Shown: piece after piece, positions 17,570 through 26,529 of the stretch
Layout of the letters: every line of letters begins with the position of its first letter
How positions within the stretch are numbered: position 1 is the stretch's first letter
Assembly: GCF_900106675.1 (NCBI RefSeq)
Contig: NZ_FNOB01000001.1
Coordinates: forward strand, 204,531 to 236,530
Source: Allgaiera indica
Lineage (GTDB): Bacteria > Pseudomonadota > Alphaproteobacteria > Rhodobacterales > Rhodobacteraceae
DNA length: 32,000 bases
Reading direction: 5' to 3'
Translations under genes and position numbers: made by a program
The notes under the pieces: generated by a model
What the model was told of the DNA's origin: nothing
Database searches by the model: none
What the model saw: the letters and a program-made list of their open reading frames with translations, nothing else

Positions 17570-18502
17570 ATGACCCTTGCCAAACCGACCCTTCTGGTCA
17601 GCCGACGCCAGACGCTGCGCGTTCTGGGGGCTTTCGCGATGACCGGGGCGGTTGCCGCCTGCGCCGGCCGGCCAGACGATGTGGCCAAGTCCGAGACCGA
17701 TCCCGCCGTTGCGCCGGTCGAGGCGCCCTCGCCCGCCACTATCGCCCGCTATCAGGCGATCCAGGATCACGGCTATACGATCCAGGCCGTCAACCCGGGC
17801 TATCTGACCGGATCGAACGCAAGGGCGCTGGTCTATTACAACGGCTCCGAGCAGCCCGGGCATATCGTCATCGACCCCTATGCGCGCCGGCTGTATCTGG
17901 TGCTGGAGAACGGGATGGCGATCCGCTACGGCTGCGCCGTCGGCAAGCAGGGCAAGACCTTCTCGGGCGACGGGGTGATCGAGCGCAAGGTGCAATGGCC
18001 CAGCTGGCGCCCGACCCAGAACATGATCGAGACCGAGCCCGAAAAATATGGCGATTACGCCGATGGCGTCGAGGGCGGGCCGGAAAACCCGCTGGGCGCG
18101 CGCGCGCTCTATCTTTATCGCAACGGGCGCGACACCTATTACCGCATCCACGGCACCAACAACCCCTCGACCATCGGCCGGGCCACCTCGGCCGGCTGCA
18201 TCCGGCTGTTCGACCAGGATATCATCGACCTCTACAACCGCGTGCCGCGGGGAACCCAGGTCCATGTGCGCACGCCCGACGAATCGGCTATGATGATCGG
18301 CCCGCTGCGGCCCGGATTTGACGGCTATGTGACCCCGGTCAATGATCCCGATCAGAAGGTCACCGGACCGCTGGCCGACCAAATCCTCGATAACAGCGAA
18401 ACCGCGACCGACGTGGCTGTGGCCTCTGCCACCCAGGCGCTGAGCGCGCAGCAGCCGCAGCTGACCCCCGCGGCGACCGGCCAGCCCAAGAAAGTCTACT
18501 AG
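17570..18502 (+). CDS. L,D-transpeptidase (YkuD domain), lipoprotein with Tat-like signal
   Basis: YYRIHGTNNPSTIGRATSAGCIRLFDQDIIDLYNRV contains the catalytic HGT...S.GCIRL motif. N-terminus SRRQTLRVLGAFAMTGAVAACAG has a twin-Arg and a lipobox. Confidence 0.94.
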   Translation: MTLAKPTLLVSRRQTLRVLGAFAMTGAVAACAGRPDDVAKSETDPAVAPVEAPSPATIARYQAIQDHGYTIQAVNPGYLTGSNARALVYYNGSEQPGHIVIDPYARRLYLVLENGMAIRYGCAVGKQGKTFSGDGVIERKVQWPSWRPTQNMIETEPEKYGDYADGVEGGPENPLGARALYLYRNGRDTYYRIHGTNNPSTIGRATSAGCIRLFDQDIIDLYNRVPRGTQVHVRTPDESAMMIGPLRPGFDGYVTPVNDPDQKVTGPLADQILDNSETATDVAVASATQALSAQQPQLTPAATGQPKKVY

Positions 18503-18520
18503 CCGCCGCCGCCTCGCCCC

Positions 18521-19168
18521 TTAGAACGGACAGGTGGCCTTGAAGGTGGCGCCGTGGCCGCCGTCGGGGTGGTTCAGGCGCAGGCTTTCGGCATGCAGCA
18601 TCAGGCGTGGGAAATCGCGCGCCGGACCGTCTGCATAGAAGGGATCGCCCAGGATCGGGTGGCCGATCTCCTTCATATGCACCCGCAGCTGGTGGCTGCG
18701 CCCGGTCTGCGGCATCAGCCGCACGCGGGTGGTGCCGTCTTCGTGCTTCAGCACGCGCCAATCGGTCACCGCGGGCTTGCCGCGGTCGTGATCGACATGT
18801 TGCAGCGGCCGGTTCGGCCAATCGACGATCAGCGGCAGATCCACGGTGCCGGTCTTGTGCGCCACTTCACCCCAGAGCCGGGCGACATAGATCTTCCTGG
18901 TCTTGCGGGTCTCGAATTGCAGCGACAGGTCGCGCTGGGCGGCCTTGGTCAGCGCGAAGACGATCACCCCCGAGGTGTCTCGGTCCAGCCGGTGCACCAG
19001 CAGCGCCTCGGGGAACACCGCCTGGGCGCGGGCGATCAGGCAATCGGCCAGGTCCGGGCCCTTGCCCGGCACCGTCAAAAGGCCCGGGGGCTTGTCCAGC
19101 ACCAACAGGTGATGGTCGTGGTGCAGGACGCGCAGCGCCTCTTGCGGCGGGTCGTAGGCGTCGCTCAA
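18521..19168 (-). CDS. RluA-family pseudouridine synthase
   Basis: LLVHRLDRDTSGVIVFA catalytic motif; GRSHQLRVHMKEIGHPILGDPFY. Likely TTG start at 19168 (LSDAYDPP), overlapping the hydratase stop by 4 nt; the ORF track's longer start runs through the neighbouring gene. Confidence 0.9.
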   Translation of the reverse strand: MSDAYDPPQEALRVLHHDHHLLVLDKPPGLLTVPGKGPDLADCLIARAQAVFPEALLVHRLDRDTSGVIVFALTKAAQRDLSLQFETRKTRKIYVARLWGEVAHKTGTVDLPLIVDWPNRPLQHVDHDRGKPAVTDWRVLKHEDGTTRVRLMPQTGRSHQLRVHMKEIGHPILGDPFYADGPARDFPRLMLHAESLRLNHPDGGHGATFKATCPF

Positions 19169-19779
19169 GGGATCATCCGCTTGATCGCGGCGACATGTTC
19201 GGCGCGCGCGGCGCAGGCATCGACGGTCAGGTCCGCGACCGTCGCGGCCAGTGCCTCGGGGGCGACGATACGATCGATCAGGCCCCAGGCGGCGGCCTCT
19301 TCCGCGCCGATGCGGGCGCCGGCCATCAGGATCATCTTGGCACGGGCGGGCCCGACCAGCGCGGCCAGGCGCGCGGGGTCCGAGGGCTGCGGCAGAAAGC
19401 CCAGCTTCATCACCGGGTAGAACAGCTTGGCGCCCGGTACCGCGATGCGCAGATCGCAGGCCAGCGCCATGCCCATCGCCCCACCCGCCAGCGTGCCGTT
19501 CAGCGCGGCGATCGTCAGACAGGGCAGCGCGGCGATGGCGCCCGACAGCCGTTCCCACACCGGATCGCGGGCAAGGCCGGCGCGCGCCTCGTCCAGATCC
19601 GCCCCAGCCGAGAACACCTTGCCGGTGCCGGTCAGCACCAGCGCGCGGGCGCCATCGGCCCCGGCGCGTTCGACGCCGTCGGCCAGCGCGGCCAGCATCT
19701 CGCGGGTCATGGAATTGGCCTTTTCGGGGCGGTCGATGGTCAGCGTCCAAAGCCCGCCCTCGGCCCGCGTCTCGATCAT
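19165..19779 (-). CDS. Enoyl-CoA hydratase/isomerase family protein
   Basis: LWTLTIDRPEKANSM; FSAGADLDE; AALNGTLAGGAMGMALACDLRIA crotonase motifs. Start ATG at 19779. Confidence 0.93.
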   Translation of the reverse strand: MIETRAEGGLWTLTIDRPEKANSMTREMLAALADGVERAGADGARALVLTGTGKVFSAGADLDEARAGLARDPVWERLSGAIAALPCLTIAALNGTLAGGAMGMALACDLRIAVPGAKLFYPVMKLGFLPQPSDPARLAALVGPARAKMILMAGARIGAEEAAAWGLIDRIVAPEALAATVADLTVDACAARAEHVAAIKRMIP

Positions 19780-20540
19780 TCGGTCAGGCCGATCCGGCGG
19801 CGGATCGCCTCGTCGCGCAGCTGTACCTCTTCGCCCAGCAGGTCGTCGGCCTCTGCCGAGCACATCCACAAAAGCGCCTTGGCGGGCCAATCGGCGGGGA
19901 CGTGGACGCCCGGGTCCAGCTGGCTGACCGGGTTGATGCCCGAGGCGCGGATCTTCACCTGCATCTCGGTCGCCACGGTGCCGGGCGACAGGCCCATGAT
20001 CCGCAGCCCCGCGGGCCCCGCCTCATGATGCGCGACCCGGGTCAGCATCGCCGCCCCCGCCTTGGCCGAGCAATAGGCCGACCAGCCTTCCAGCGGGTTG
20101 TGCGCCGCGCCGGAACTGACCGTGATGATGGTGCCCGAGCGCCGCGCGATCATCCCGGGCATCACCGCGCGCATCCCATGGAACACGCCCTTCAGATTGA
20201 TGTCGATCGCCTTGCCCCAGGCGGCGGGATCGGCCTGGGCCAGCGGCGCGATCGGCTCGATCACCCCGGCGTTGTTGATCAGCACGTCGACCGGGCCGAA
20301 GGCGCCTTCCAGCCGCTGCACCGCGCCCATCACCGCCGCCGATGAGGCGATGTCGCAGGGCAACGCGATGGCCCCCGCCCCGAGATCTGCCGCCAGTGCG
20401 GAAATCTCTGCCTCGGAACGCGCGATCAGACCAACCTTGGCCCCCGCCTTGGCAAAGGCCCGCGCCGCCTCTGCGCCGATCCCCCGGCTTGCCCCGGTGA
20501 TCGCCACCACCTTGCCCGTCATTCCTGCCGTCGCGCTCAT
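19776..20540 (-). CDS. SDR family oxidoreductase
   Basis: VVAITGASRGIGAEAA, DVLINNAGV, ITVSSGAA...YSAKAG motifs. ATG at 20540 has AAGGAG RBS; the ORF track start is upstream. ATGA overlap with the hydratase gene. Confidence 0.93.
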   Translation of the reverse strand: MSATAGMTGKVVAITGASRGIGAEAARAFAKAGAKVGLIARSEAEISALAADLGAGAIALPCDIASSAAVMGAVQRLEGAFGPVDVLINNAGVIEPIAPLAQADPAAWGKAIDINLKGVFHGMRAVMPGMIARRSGTIITVSSGAAHNPLEGWSAYCSAKAGAAMLTRVAHHEAGPAGLRIMGLSPGTVATEMQVKIRASGINPVSQLDPGVHVPADWPAKALLWMCSAEADDLLGEEVQLRDEAIRRRIGLTE

Positions 20541-20662
20541 CGCGGTCTCCTTCATCGCCAATCCGTGAAGTCTTAGCGCAGCGCCCGGGGGACGGAAAGC
20601 CTTGACCGCCCCCGGTTGCCGCGCAAGGGTTTTTACAACCAGACGCCGTGCAAAGGATCGCC

Positions 20663-22174
20663 ATGCGAGGCAACATCATTCTGGCCGGACCGGCGGCGCT
20701 GGCGGCGCTGCTGGCCGGATCGGCGGCCTTCGCGGATGTCACGGTCGATCAGGTCTGGCAGAACTGGACCAAGACGTTCGCGTCCGGCACGGACGGCATC
20801 ACGGTCGGTAGCCGCAAGCGAACCGGCAAGACCCTGGCGCTGAAAGACGTGCACACGACGATCATCAACCAGGGCTCGACCACCCGGTTCGCGATCGGCG
20901 AGATCGACCTGACCCAGAGGCCGGACGGGACGGTCGCGATGCGCATGTCGCCCACGATGACCTATGCGGTTGACGTCGCGGCCCCGGGCAGGCCGCCGAT
21001 GTCGTTCACGCTGCTGGCCACGCAGAAGCACATGAAGGCCGTGGTCTCGGGCAGGCCCGACGACATGATCTATGATTTCAGCGTGGGCGATGCGACGCTG
21101 CGGATAACCGACGCCAGGGTCGGCGATCAAGCGGCTCATGTCGGGCTGACGGCCACCCTGACCGGCGCGACCGAACGGCTGGAGAACACAACCACGGCCA
21201 GGTACGGCCCGGTCAACGTCGCCTTGACGGCCAAGGTCGGCGGCCTGGCCGTGGCTTTCAGGGCCGGGCGGCCCGGGGCCGCGCAGGGCGGCGTTCTGGA
21301 TCTTGACGTCAAGGGGCTGACATTCGCGCTGGATGGTCACGATATCCGGGCCATGGCGGCAGGGCATCTGGCGCGGGTATTGAAGGCTGGTGCCTTTATG
21401 TCGATGGGGCTGGGCTTCCGGTCGCTCGACGCAAACTATTCGCTGGACTTCAAGGACGGCCATAGCCACGGCAGTGCCGCCGTGCGGAACGCCAGGATGA
21501 GCGTCGCGATGGCTTCGCCCGGGGTCAGCGTTGACCTTTCCAGCGGCCGGACAGGGGTTTCGGCCTCGTTGCCCAAGGGGCCGCTGCCCAAGGTGTCGCT
21601 GAATCTGGCGCGCGCCGTTCTTGACGTGACGATGCCGCTGCGCCCCGACGCGGCGCCGCAGGATTACGCGATGAAGCTGGATCTGGAGCGGTTGACGACG
21701 GGCAAGGGGATCTGGCGGCTGATCGACCCCGGGGACCTGCTGCCGCATGATCCCTGGACCATGGCGGCGGATCTGGCCGGCAAGATGACGGTCCTTGGGG
21801 ATTTCGCTGGGCGGGCCCAGACGCCGGGGGGCGCCCGGGCTTTGCCCGCCAGGCCCGACACGATCGACCTCAAGTCGCTGAAGCTGGCGGTCGCGGGGGC
21901 GACGCTTTCGGGGCATGGCGCGTTGGCCTTCCAACAAGCGGCGGGCGCGGCGAAGCCTGCGCCCACGGGCGAGATCGACCTGCGCATGGCCGGCGTCGAG
22001 ACGCTGATCAAGGATCTGGTCAGGATGGAGCTGGTGCCCAAGGACCGGGCGACCGAGGCCAGGGTTATGCTGGCGGCGTTGACCGAGCCGGGCAAGACGT
22101 CCGGCACACTGGTCTCGAAGATCGCATTCACCAGGGACGGTCATGTGCTGGCGAACGGACGACGGGTGAAATAG
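20663..22174 (+). CDS. DUF2125 domain-containing protein, predicted exported
   Basis: N-terminal signal peptide MRGNIILAGPAALAALLAGSAAFA; overall architecture and TYSLDFKDGHS-type segments match DUF2125 from memory. AAGGA RBS before the ATG at 20663. Confidence 0.75.
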   Translation: MRGNIILAGPAALAALLAGSAAFADVTVDQVWQNWTKTFASGTDGITVGSRKRTGKTLALKDVHTTIINQGSTTRFAIGEIDLTQRPDGTVAMRMSPTMTYAVDVAAPGRPPMSFTLLATQKHMKAVVSGRPDDMIYDFSVGDATLRITDARVGDQAAHVGLTATLTGATERLENTTTARYGPVNVALTAKVGGLAVAFRAGRPGAAQGGVLDLDVKGLTFALDGHDIRAMAAGHLARVLKAGAFMSMGLGFRSLDANYSLDFKDGHSHGSAAVRNARMSVAMASPGVSVDLSSGRTGVSASLPKGPLPKVSLNLARAVLDVTMPLRPDAAPQDYAMKLDLERLTTGKGIWRLIDPGDLLPHDPWTMAADLAGKMTVLGDFAGRAQTPGGARALPARPDTIDLKSLKLAVAGATLSGHGALAFQQAAGAAKPAPTGEIDLRMAGVETLIKDLVRMELVPKDRATEARVMLAALTEPGKTSGTLVSKIAFTRDGHVLANGRRVK

Positions 22175-22279
22175 CGGCGTTTGCGACCGCCTTCCGGCCC
22201 GGCGCCGGTGCGCGTCTTGCGCGGCGGGCGCAGCCGGGATAGGCCGGAAGGAATTCGCGCAGAGCAGAGAGAGAGCCGC

Positions 22280-23626
22280 ATGTCCGACAGTCTCGAAACC
22301 CTCGCCCATGCCCTATTGGATGCCGCCCGCAAGGCAGGCGCCGAAGCCGCGGATGCGCTGGTGGCCGAAGGCACCTCTGTGTCCATCGACGTGCGGGGCA
22401 GCGTATTGGAACAGGCCGAACGGTCCGAGGCGGTGGAACTTGGGCTGCGCGTTCTGATCGGGACGCGCCAGGCCTGCGTTTCGGCCTCGGACACGCGTGC
22501 GGAAACCCTTAGCGCGGTGGCCGAACGCGCCGTCGCCATGGCCCGCGAGGCGCCCGAGGATGCTACGGTGGGGCTGGCCGATCCGTCACAACTGGCAACT
22601 TCTTGGGATCTGGCGGCGCTGGAAATGGCCGACCCGACCGATGAGCCCGACCCCGCCGAACTGGAGAACGACGCACGCCGCGCCGAGTCCGCCGCGCTGG
22701 CGGTGAAGGGCGTCAGCCAGGTGCAGGGCGCCGGTGCGGGGTATGGCCGCAACCGCATCCATCTGGCTGCGACCAACGGCTTTTCGGGCGGCTATGCCCG
22801 CACCTCGCGCGCCACCCATTGCGTGGCGATCACCGGCGAGGGCACGAAGATGGAACGCGACGGGTTCGGCGACGGTCGGGTCTGGCAGGCCGATCTGATG
22901 CGCCCCGAAGAGATCGGCCGTACCGCCGGCGAACGCGCGGTGGAACGGGCCGGCGCGCGCAAGCCACGCACCGGCGCCTATCCGGTGCTTTACGATGAAC
23001 GTGTCGCGGCCTCGCTGATCGGGCATCTGCTGGGCGCGGTGAACGGCAATGCCATCGCGCGCGGCGCCAGCTGGCTGCGCGACGCGCTGGGCGAGTCGTT
23101 GCTGCCCGAAGGGCTGAGCCTGATCGAGGATCCCTTGCGCCCCCGCGCGGGATCGACCCGGCCCTTCGATGCCGAGGGGCTGCCGGCGACGGCGCGCGCG
23201 ATCGTCGATCGCGGTGTGCTGACCGGCTGGACGCTGGATCTGGGCACGGCGCGCAAGCTGGGGATGGAAAGCACCGCCAGCGCCTCGCGCGGGACCTCGT
23301 CGCCGCCTTCGCCCGGCATCACCAACGTGGCGCTGACCCAGGGCAAGAAAAGCCGCGCGGATCTGATCGCCGAGATGGGCACCGGCCTTCTGGTGACCTC
23401 GATGATGGGTTCGTCGGTGAACCCGACCACCGGGGATTATTCGCGCGGCGCCGCGGGCTTCTGGGTTGAGGGCGGAGAAATCGCCTATCCGGTGAACGAA
23501 TGCACCATCGCGGGCAACCTGCGCGACATGCTGCGCCGGATCATTCCGGCCAACGATGCGCGGCTGCATCTGTCCACCGTCGTGCCCTCGCTGCTGGTCG
23601 AGGGGCTGACGCTTGCCGGCGCCTGA
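22280..23626 (+). CDS. pmbA: TldD/PmbA family metalloprotease/modulator (PmbA)
   Basis: ALLDAARKAGAEAADALVAEG; NGFSGGYARTS; C-terminal MMGSSVNPTTGDYSRGAAGFWVEGGEIAYPVNECTIAGNLRDML. Start ATG at 22280. Confidence 0.95.
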   Translation: MSDSLETLAHALLDAARKAGAEAADALVAEGTSVSIDVRGSVLEQAERSEAVELGLRVLIGTRQACVSASDTRAETLSAVAERAVAMAREAPEDATVGLADPSQLATSWDLAALEMADPTDEPDPAELENDARRAESAALAVKGVSQVQGAGAGYGRNRIHLAATNGFSGGYARTSRATHCVAITGEGTKMERDGFGDGRVWQADLMRPEEIGRTAGERAVERAGARKPRTGAYPVLYDERVAASLIGHLLGAVNGNAIARGASWLRDALGESLLPEGLSLIEDPLRPRAGSTRPFDAEGLPATARAIVDRGVLTGWTLDLGTARKLGMESTASASRGTSSPPSPGITNVALTQGKKSRADLIAEMGTGLLVTSMMGSSVNPTTGDYSRGAAGFWVEGGEIAYPVNECTIAGNLRDMLRRIIPANDARLHLSTVVPSLLVEGLTLAGA

Positions 23627-24419
23627 CGACGATCTGGCGCTGCTGACCGACGCCGCGCGCGAAGCGGGGCGGATCGCGCTGCGCTACTGGCGGAAATCCC
23701 CCGATGCCTGGGAAAAGGCCGACGGTGCCGGCCCGGTGACAGAGGCCGACCTGGCCGTGAACCGGATGCTTGCCCAGGAACTGCGTGCCGCCCGGCCCGA
23801 TTACGGCTGGCTTTCCGAGGAAAGCGAGGACGACCCCGCGCGGCTGGAGGCCGAGCATGTGTTCATCATCGACCCGATCGACGGCACCCGCGCCTTCCTG
23901 CGCGGCGAGGACACCTTCGCCCATTCGCTGGCCATCGCCCGGCGCGGCAGGGTGGTCGCGGCGGCCGTGTTCCTGCCGGCGCTGGGACGGTTCTATTCCG
24001 CCAGCCTGGACACGCCGGCGCAATGCGATGGGGCACCGCTGGCGGTCTCGCCCGCGACGAGGGCCGATGGCGCGACGCTGCTGACCTCGCAGGCGGGACT
24101 GCGGCCGGGGCTGTGGCCCGGTGGGGTGCCCGCGGTACGCCGAAGCTTTCATACCTCGCTAGCCTATCGGCTGTGCCTGGTGGCCGAGGGGCGCTATGAT
24201 GCCGCGATCACCTTGCGCGACGCGTTCGAGTGGGACATCGCGGCGGGCGATCTGATCGCGCGGCAGGCAGGTGCGACCGTCAGTGACAAGCTGGGCCGGC
24301 CACTGGCCTACAACGCGCCGACGCCCCGTGCCGCCGGCATGCTGGCAGCGCCACCAAAGCTGCACGCGGCGCTGATGACCCGTCTCTCCGTGGCTTCCCC
24401 GCCCGGATCCGCCGGCTAG
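23613..24419 (+). CDS. cysQ: Inositol monophosphatase-family protein, CysQ-like 3'(2'),5'-bisphosphate nucleotidase
   Basis: LSEESEDD...VFIIDPIDGTRAFL and AFEWDIAAGDLI metal/substrate motifs. TTG start at 23613 is forced by an in-frame TGA at 23607-23609. Confidence 0.85.
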   Translation: MPAPDDDLALLTDAAREAGRIALRYWRKSPDAWEKADGAGPVTEADLAVNRMLAQELRAARPDYGWLSEESEDDPARLEAEHVFIIDPIDGTRAFLRGEDTFAHSLAIARRGRVVAAAVFLPALGRFYSASLDTPAQCDGAPLAVSPATRADGATLLTSQAGLRPGLWPGGVPAVRRSFHTSLAYRLCLVAEGRYDAAITLRDAFEWDIAAGDLIARQAGATVSDKLGRPLAYNAPTPRAAGMLAAPPKLHAALMTRLSVASPPGSAG

Positions 24420-24452
24420 GCATCCTTCAGGCCCCCGTCATGCCTTGGCGGG

Positions 24453-24809
24453 TCAGGCCTTGCCGATCAGCCCCGCGGGCGCGTTCTCGGCCTGGACGAA
24501 ATCGCGCGGCGGGGTATCGACCACGGCGGTATTGAGCTTGAATTCGCAAATCACCTCGCCCTCGGCGTTGTCCTCGGTCGAGGCGACGATCAGCGCGCGG
24601 TACAGGTGTCGGCTGCCATCGTAGATGTCGACCACACCGCGCAGCTGTGGGTCGCATGCGGCATCCAGGGCAAAGCCGCCGTCCCACAGGCGCAGGACCG
24701 GATAGACCGCATCCCCCACATGGACCCGCAGGCGCGACCGGCGCCGCTGATCTTCCTTGCGCGCCAGTTTCAGACTTTCGCGGATCTCCGCGGGCAGATG
24801 TTCCAGCAT
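24453..24809 (-). CDS. Small conserved-looking cytosolic protein, possibly degenerate PilZ-like fold
   Basis: RRRSRLRV (RxxxR-like) followed by VLRLWDGGFAL (D..xxG-like). The fold is a guess from motif shape; the ORF itself is convincing. Confidence 0.65.
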   Translation of the reverse strand: MLEHLPAEIRESLKLARKEDQRRRSRLRVHVGDAVYPVLRLWDGGFALDAACDPQLRGVVDIYDGSRHLYRALIVASTEDNAEGEVICEFKLNTAVVDTPPRDFVQAENAPAGLIGKA

Positions 24810-24904
24810 GGCAGCCTCCTACAGACAGACAAAGTCTGACGCCCAAACTCCGAAAATCAAGTAAAGGTTTCACGTCTTTGTGCCACGCCCGTGACCCGCC
24901 GGGG

Positions 24905-25267
24905 TCACGCCACGGAACGAAAATGCTCGACCATCGCCACCAGATCCTCGGGTGGGGTCGAGGCTGGCAGATAGGCGCAGGCGTTGCCGGCATGCATGAA
25001 GATCGACCCGTCAGAGAACATGTTGCTGTCGGTCAGGAAGATCACCTTGGCATTCGGGTGGCGATAGCTGGCGAAATCGGCCACCGTCAGCGCGCTACCC
25101 TCGGTCAGGTCGAGATTGACGACCAGCAGGCTGACGCTTCGGGTCTGCATGACGATGACGGCCTCGCGCTGGCCGGGAACGGAAATGACCTCCAACCCCT
25201 GGCACTGGAGAGAGGTCTGCCAGCGCCGGGCGCGCTCGGTGTCATGTTCGACAATGAGAACGGGCAT
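24905..25267 (-). CDS. Stand-alone degenerate receiver (pseudo-REC) domain protein
   Basis: VLIVEHDTERARRWQTSL...SLLVVNLDLTEGSAL...VIFLTDSN...NACAYLPASTPPEDLVAMV follows a receiver pattern, but the expected Asp is Asn51 and the expected Lys is Ala. Confidence 0.8.
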   Translation of the reverse strand: MPVLIVEHDTERARRWQTSLQCQGLEVISVPGQREAVIVMQTRSVSLLVVNLDLTEGSALTVADFASYRHPNAKVIFLTDSNMFSDGSIFMHAGNACAYLPASTPPEDLVAMVEHFRSVA

Positions 25268-25443
25268 GCCGTTGCTTCCCCACCTTTTTCACCGCATCCC
25301 GCCGACCCCGTTCGGGGGAAAGATTAGCAAATGATGCGGCCTTTTGACAGCAACCGCCGACGTTTCGGCCATTTCATGCCCGATTTTGGGCGAACGGGGC
25401 CGTTTCGACAGTGTAGAAAAGGGTAGGAAAAGGGACTGGGACC

Positions 25444-26520
25444 ATGATCGCGCAAGGATATGACACCGGGCTTCCGCAGGATTCGGTTCTTTATGCAGCC
25501 TTGCTTGCGCGTGATTCGGCTTGGGACGGACGGGCGTTCGTCGGCGTTACGTCGACAGGTATCTTCTGTCGCCTGACATGCCCGGCACGCAAGCCACGCC
25601 CCGAAAATTGCCGCTTCTTCCCTTCGCCGGCCGCTGCGCTTGCGGCCGGGTTCCGTGCCTGCCGACGCTGCCACCCCCTGGCCCCCGAGGCCTTGGCCGA
25701 TCCCCTGGTCGACGCCCTTCTGGCCGCGCTCGACGCCGCGCCCGAGGTGCGCTGGACCGAAGCGCGCGTGACCGCGGCCGGGTTCGATCTGTCCACCGTG
25801 CGCCGGGTCTTCCGGCGGCATTTCGGCGTGACATTCCTGGATCTTGCCCGCCAGCGGCGCCTGGGCGCGGGGCTGAAGACGCTGGCCGCGGGGGGCAAGG
25901 TGATCGAGGCGCAGCTGGAGGCCGGCTTCGAATCCCCCTCGGCCTTTCGCGCGGCCTTCGCCCGGTTGCTGGGGGTCGCCCCCGGCGCGCTGGCCCGCGA
26001 CGCGCTGCTGCGGGCCGATTGGCTGGAAACGCCGCTTGGGCCGATGATCGCGGTGACGGATGCACGGACGCTGCATCTGCTGGAATTCGTCGGACGCAAG
26101 GCCCTGCCGACCGAGCTGCGGCGCCTGCACGCGGCGGTGCGCGGCAGCCTTGGCGTCGGCACCCTGCCGCCGCACGACCTGATCGCGCAAGAGCTTGCCG
26201 CCTATTTCGAGGGCCGTTCCGCCGACTTTGCCGTCCCGCTATCGCTGCATGGCACACCATTCACCCGGCGCGTCTGGCAGGCGCTGCGCGCGATCCCGGC
26301 TGGAGAGACGCGATCCTACACCCAGGTGGCACAAACCATCGGCCGGCCCGATGCGGTGCGGGCCGTGGCCCGCGCCAATGGGGCCAACCAGATCGCGCTG
26401 ATCGTGCCCTGCCACCGGGTGATCGGCGCCGACGGGGCGCTTACCGGCTATGGCGGCGGGCTGTGGCGCAAGCAGCGGCTGATCGAACTGGAGCGCCAGT
26501 TCGCCCCGGCGCCAAGCTGA
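25444..26520 (+). CDS. ada: Bifunctional DNA-binding transcriptional regulator / O6-methylguanine-DNA methyltransferase (Ada)
   Basis: N-terminal FVGVTSTGIFCRLTCPARKPRPENCRFFPSPAAALAAGFRACRRC zinc-binding Cys set; AraC-type HTH; C-terminal NQIALIVPCHRVIGADGALTGYGGGLWRKQ. Confidence 0.95.
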   Translation: MIAQGYDTGLPQDSVLYAALLARDSAWDGRAFVGVTSTGIFCRLTCPARKPRPENCRFFPSPAAALAAGFRACRRCHPLAPEALADPLVDALLAALDAAPEVRWTEARVTAAGFDLSTVRRVFRRHFGVTFLDLARQRRLGAGLKTLAAGGKVIEAQLEAGFESPSAFRAAFARLLGVAPGALARDALLRADWLETPLGPMIAVTDARTLHLLEFVGRKALPTELRRLHAAVRGSLGVGTLPPHDLIAQELAAYFEGRSADFAVPLSLHGTPFTRRVWQALRAIPAGETRSYTQVAQTIGRPDAVRAVARANGANQIALIVPCHRVIGADGALTGYGGGLWRKQRLIELERQFAPAPS

Positions 26521-26529
26521 TCGCCGCGC

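Noticed and set aside
17311-17739. 142-aa minus-strand ORF across the creatinase to L,D-transpeptidase gap
   Set aside because: No domain motif and mostly overlaps supported flanking genes; the intergenic part is better read as promoter region.
20633-22309. 558-aa ORF antisense to the DUF2125 gene
   Set aside because: Arg/His/Gln-rich shadow translation. The + strand ORF has a signal peptide and an RBS.
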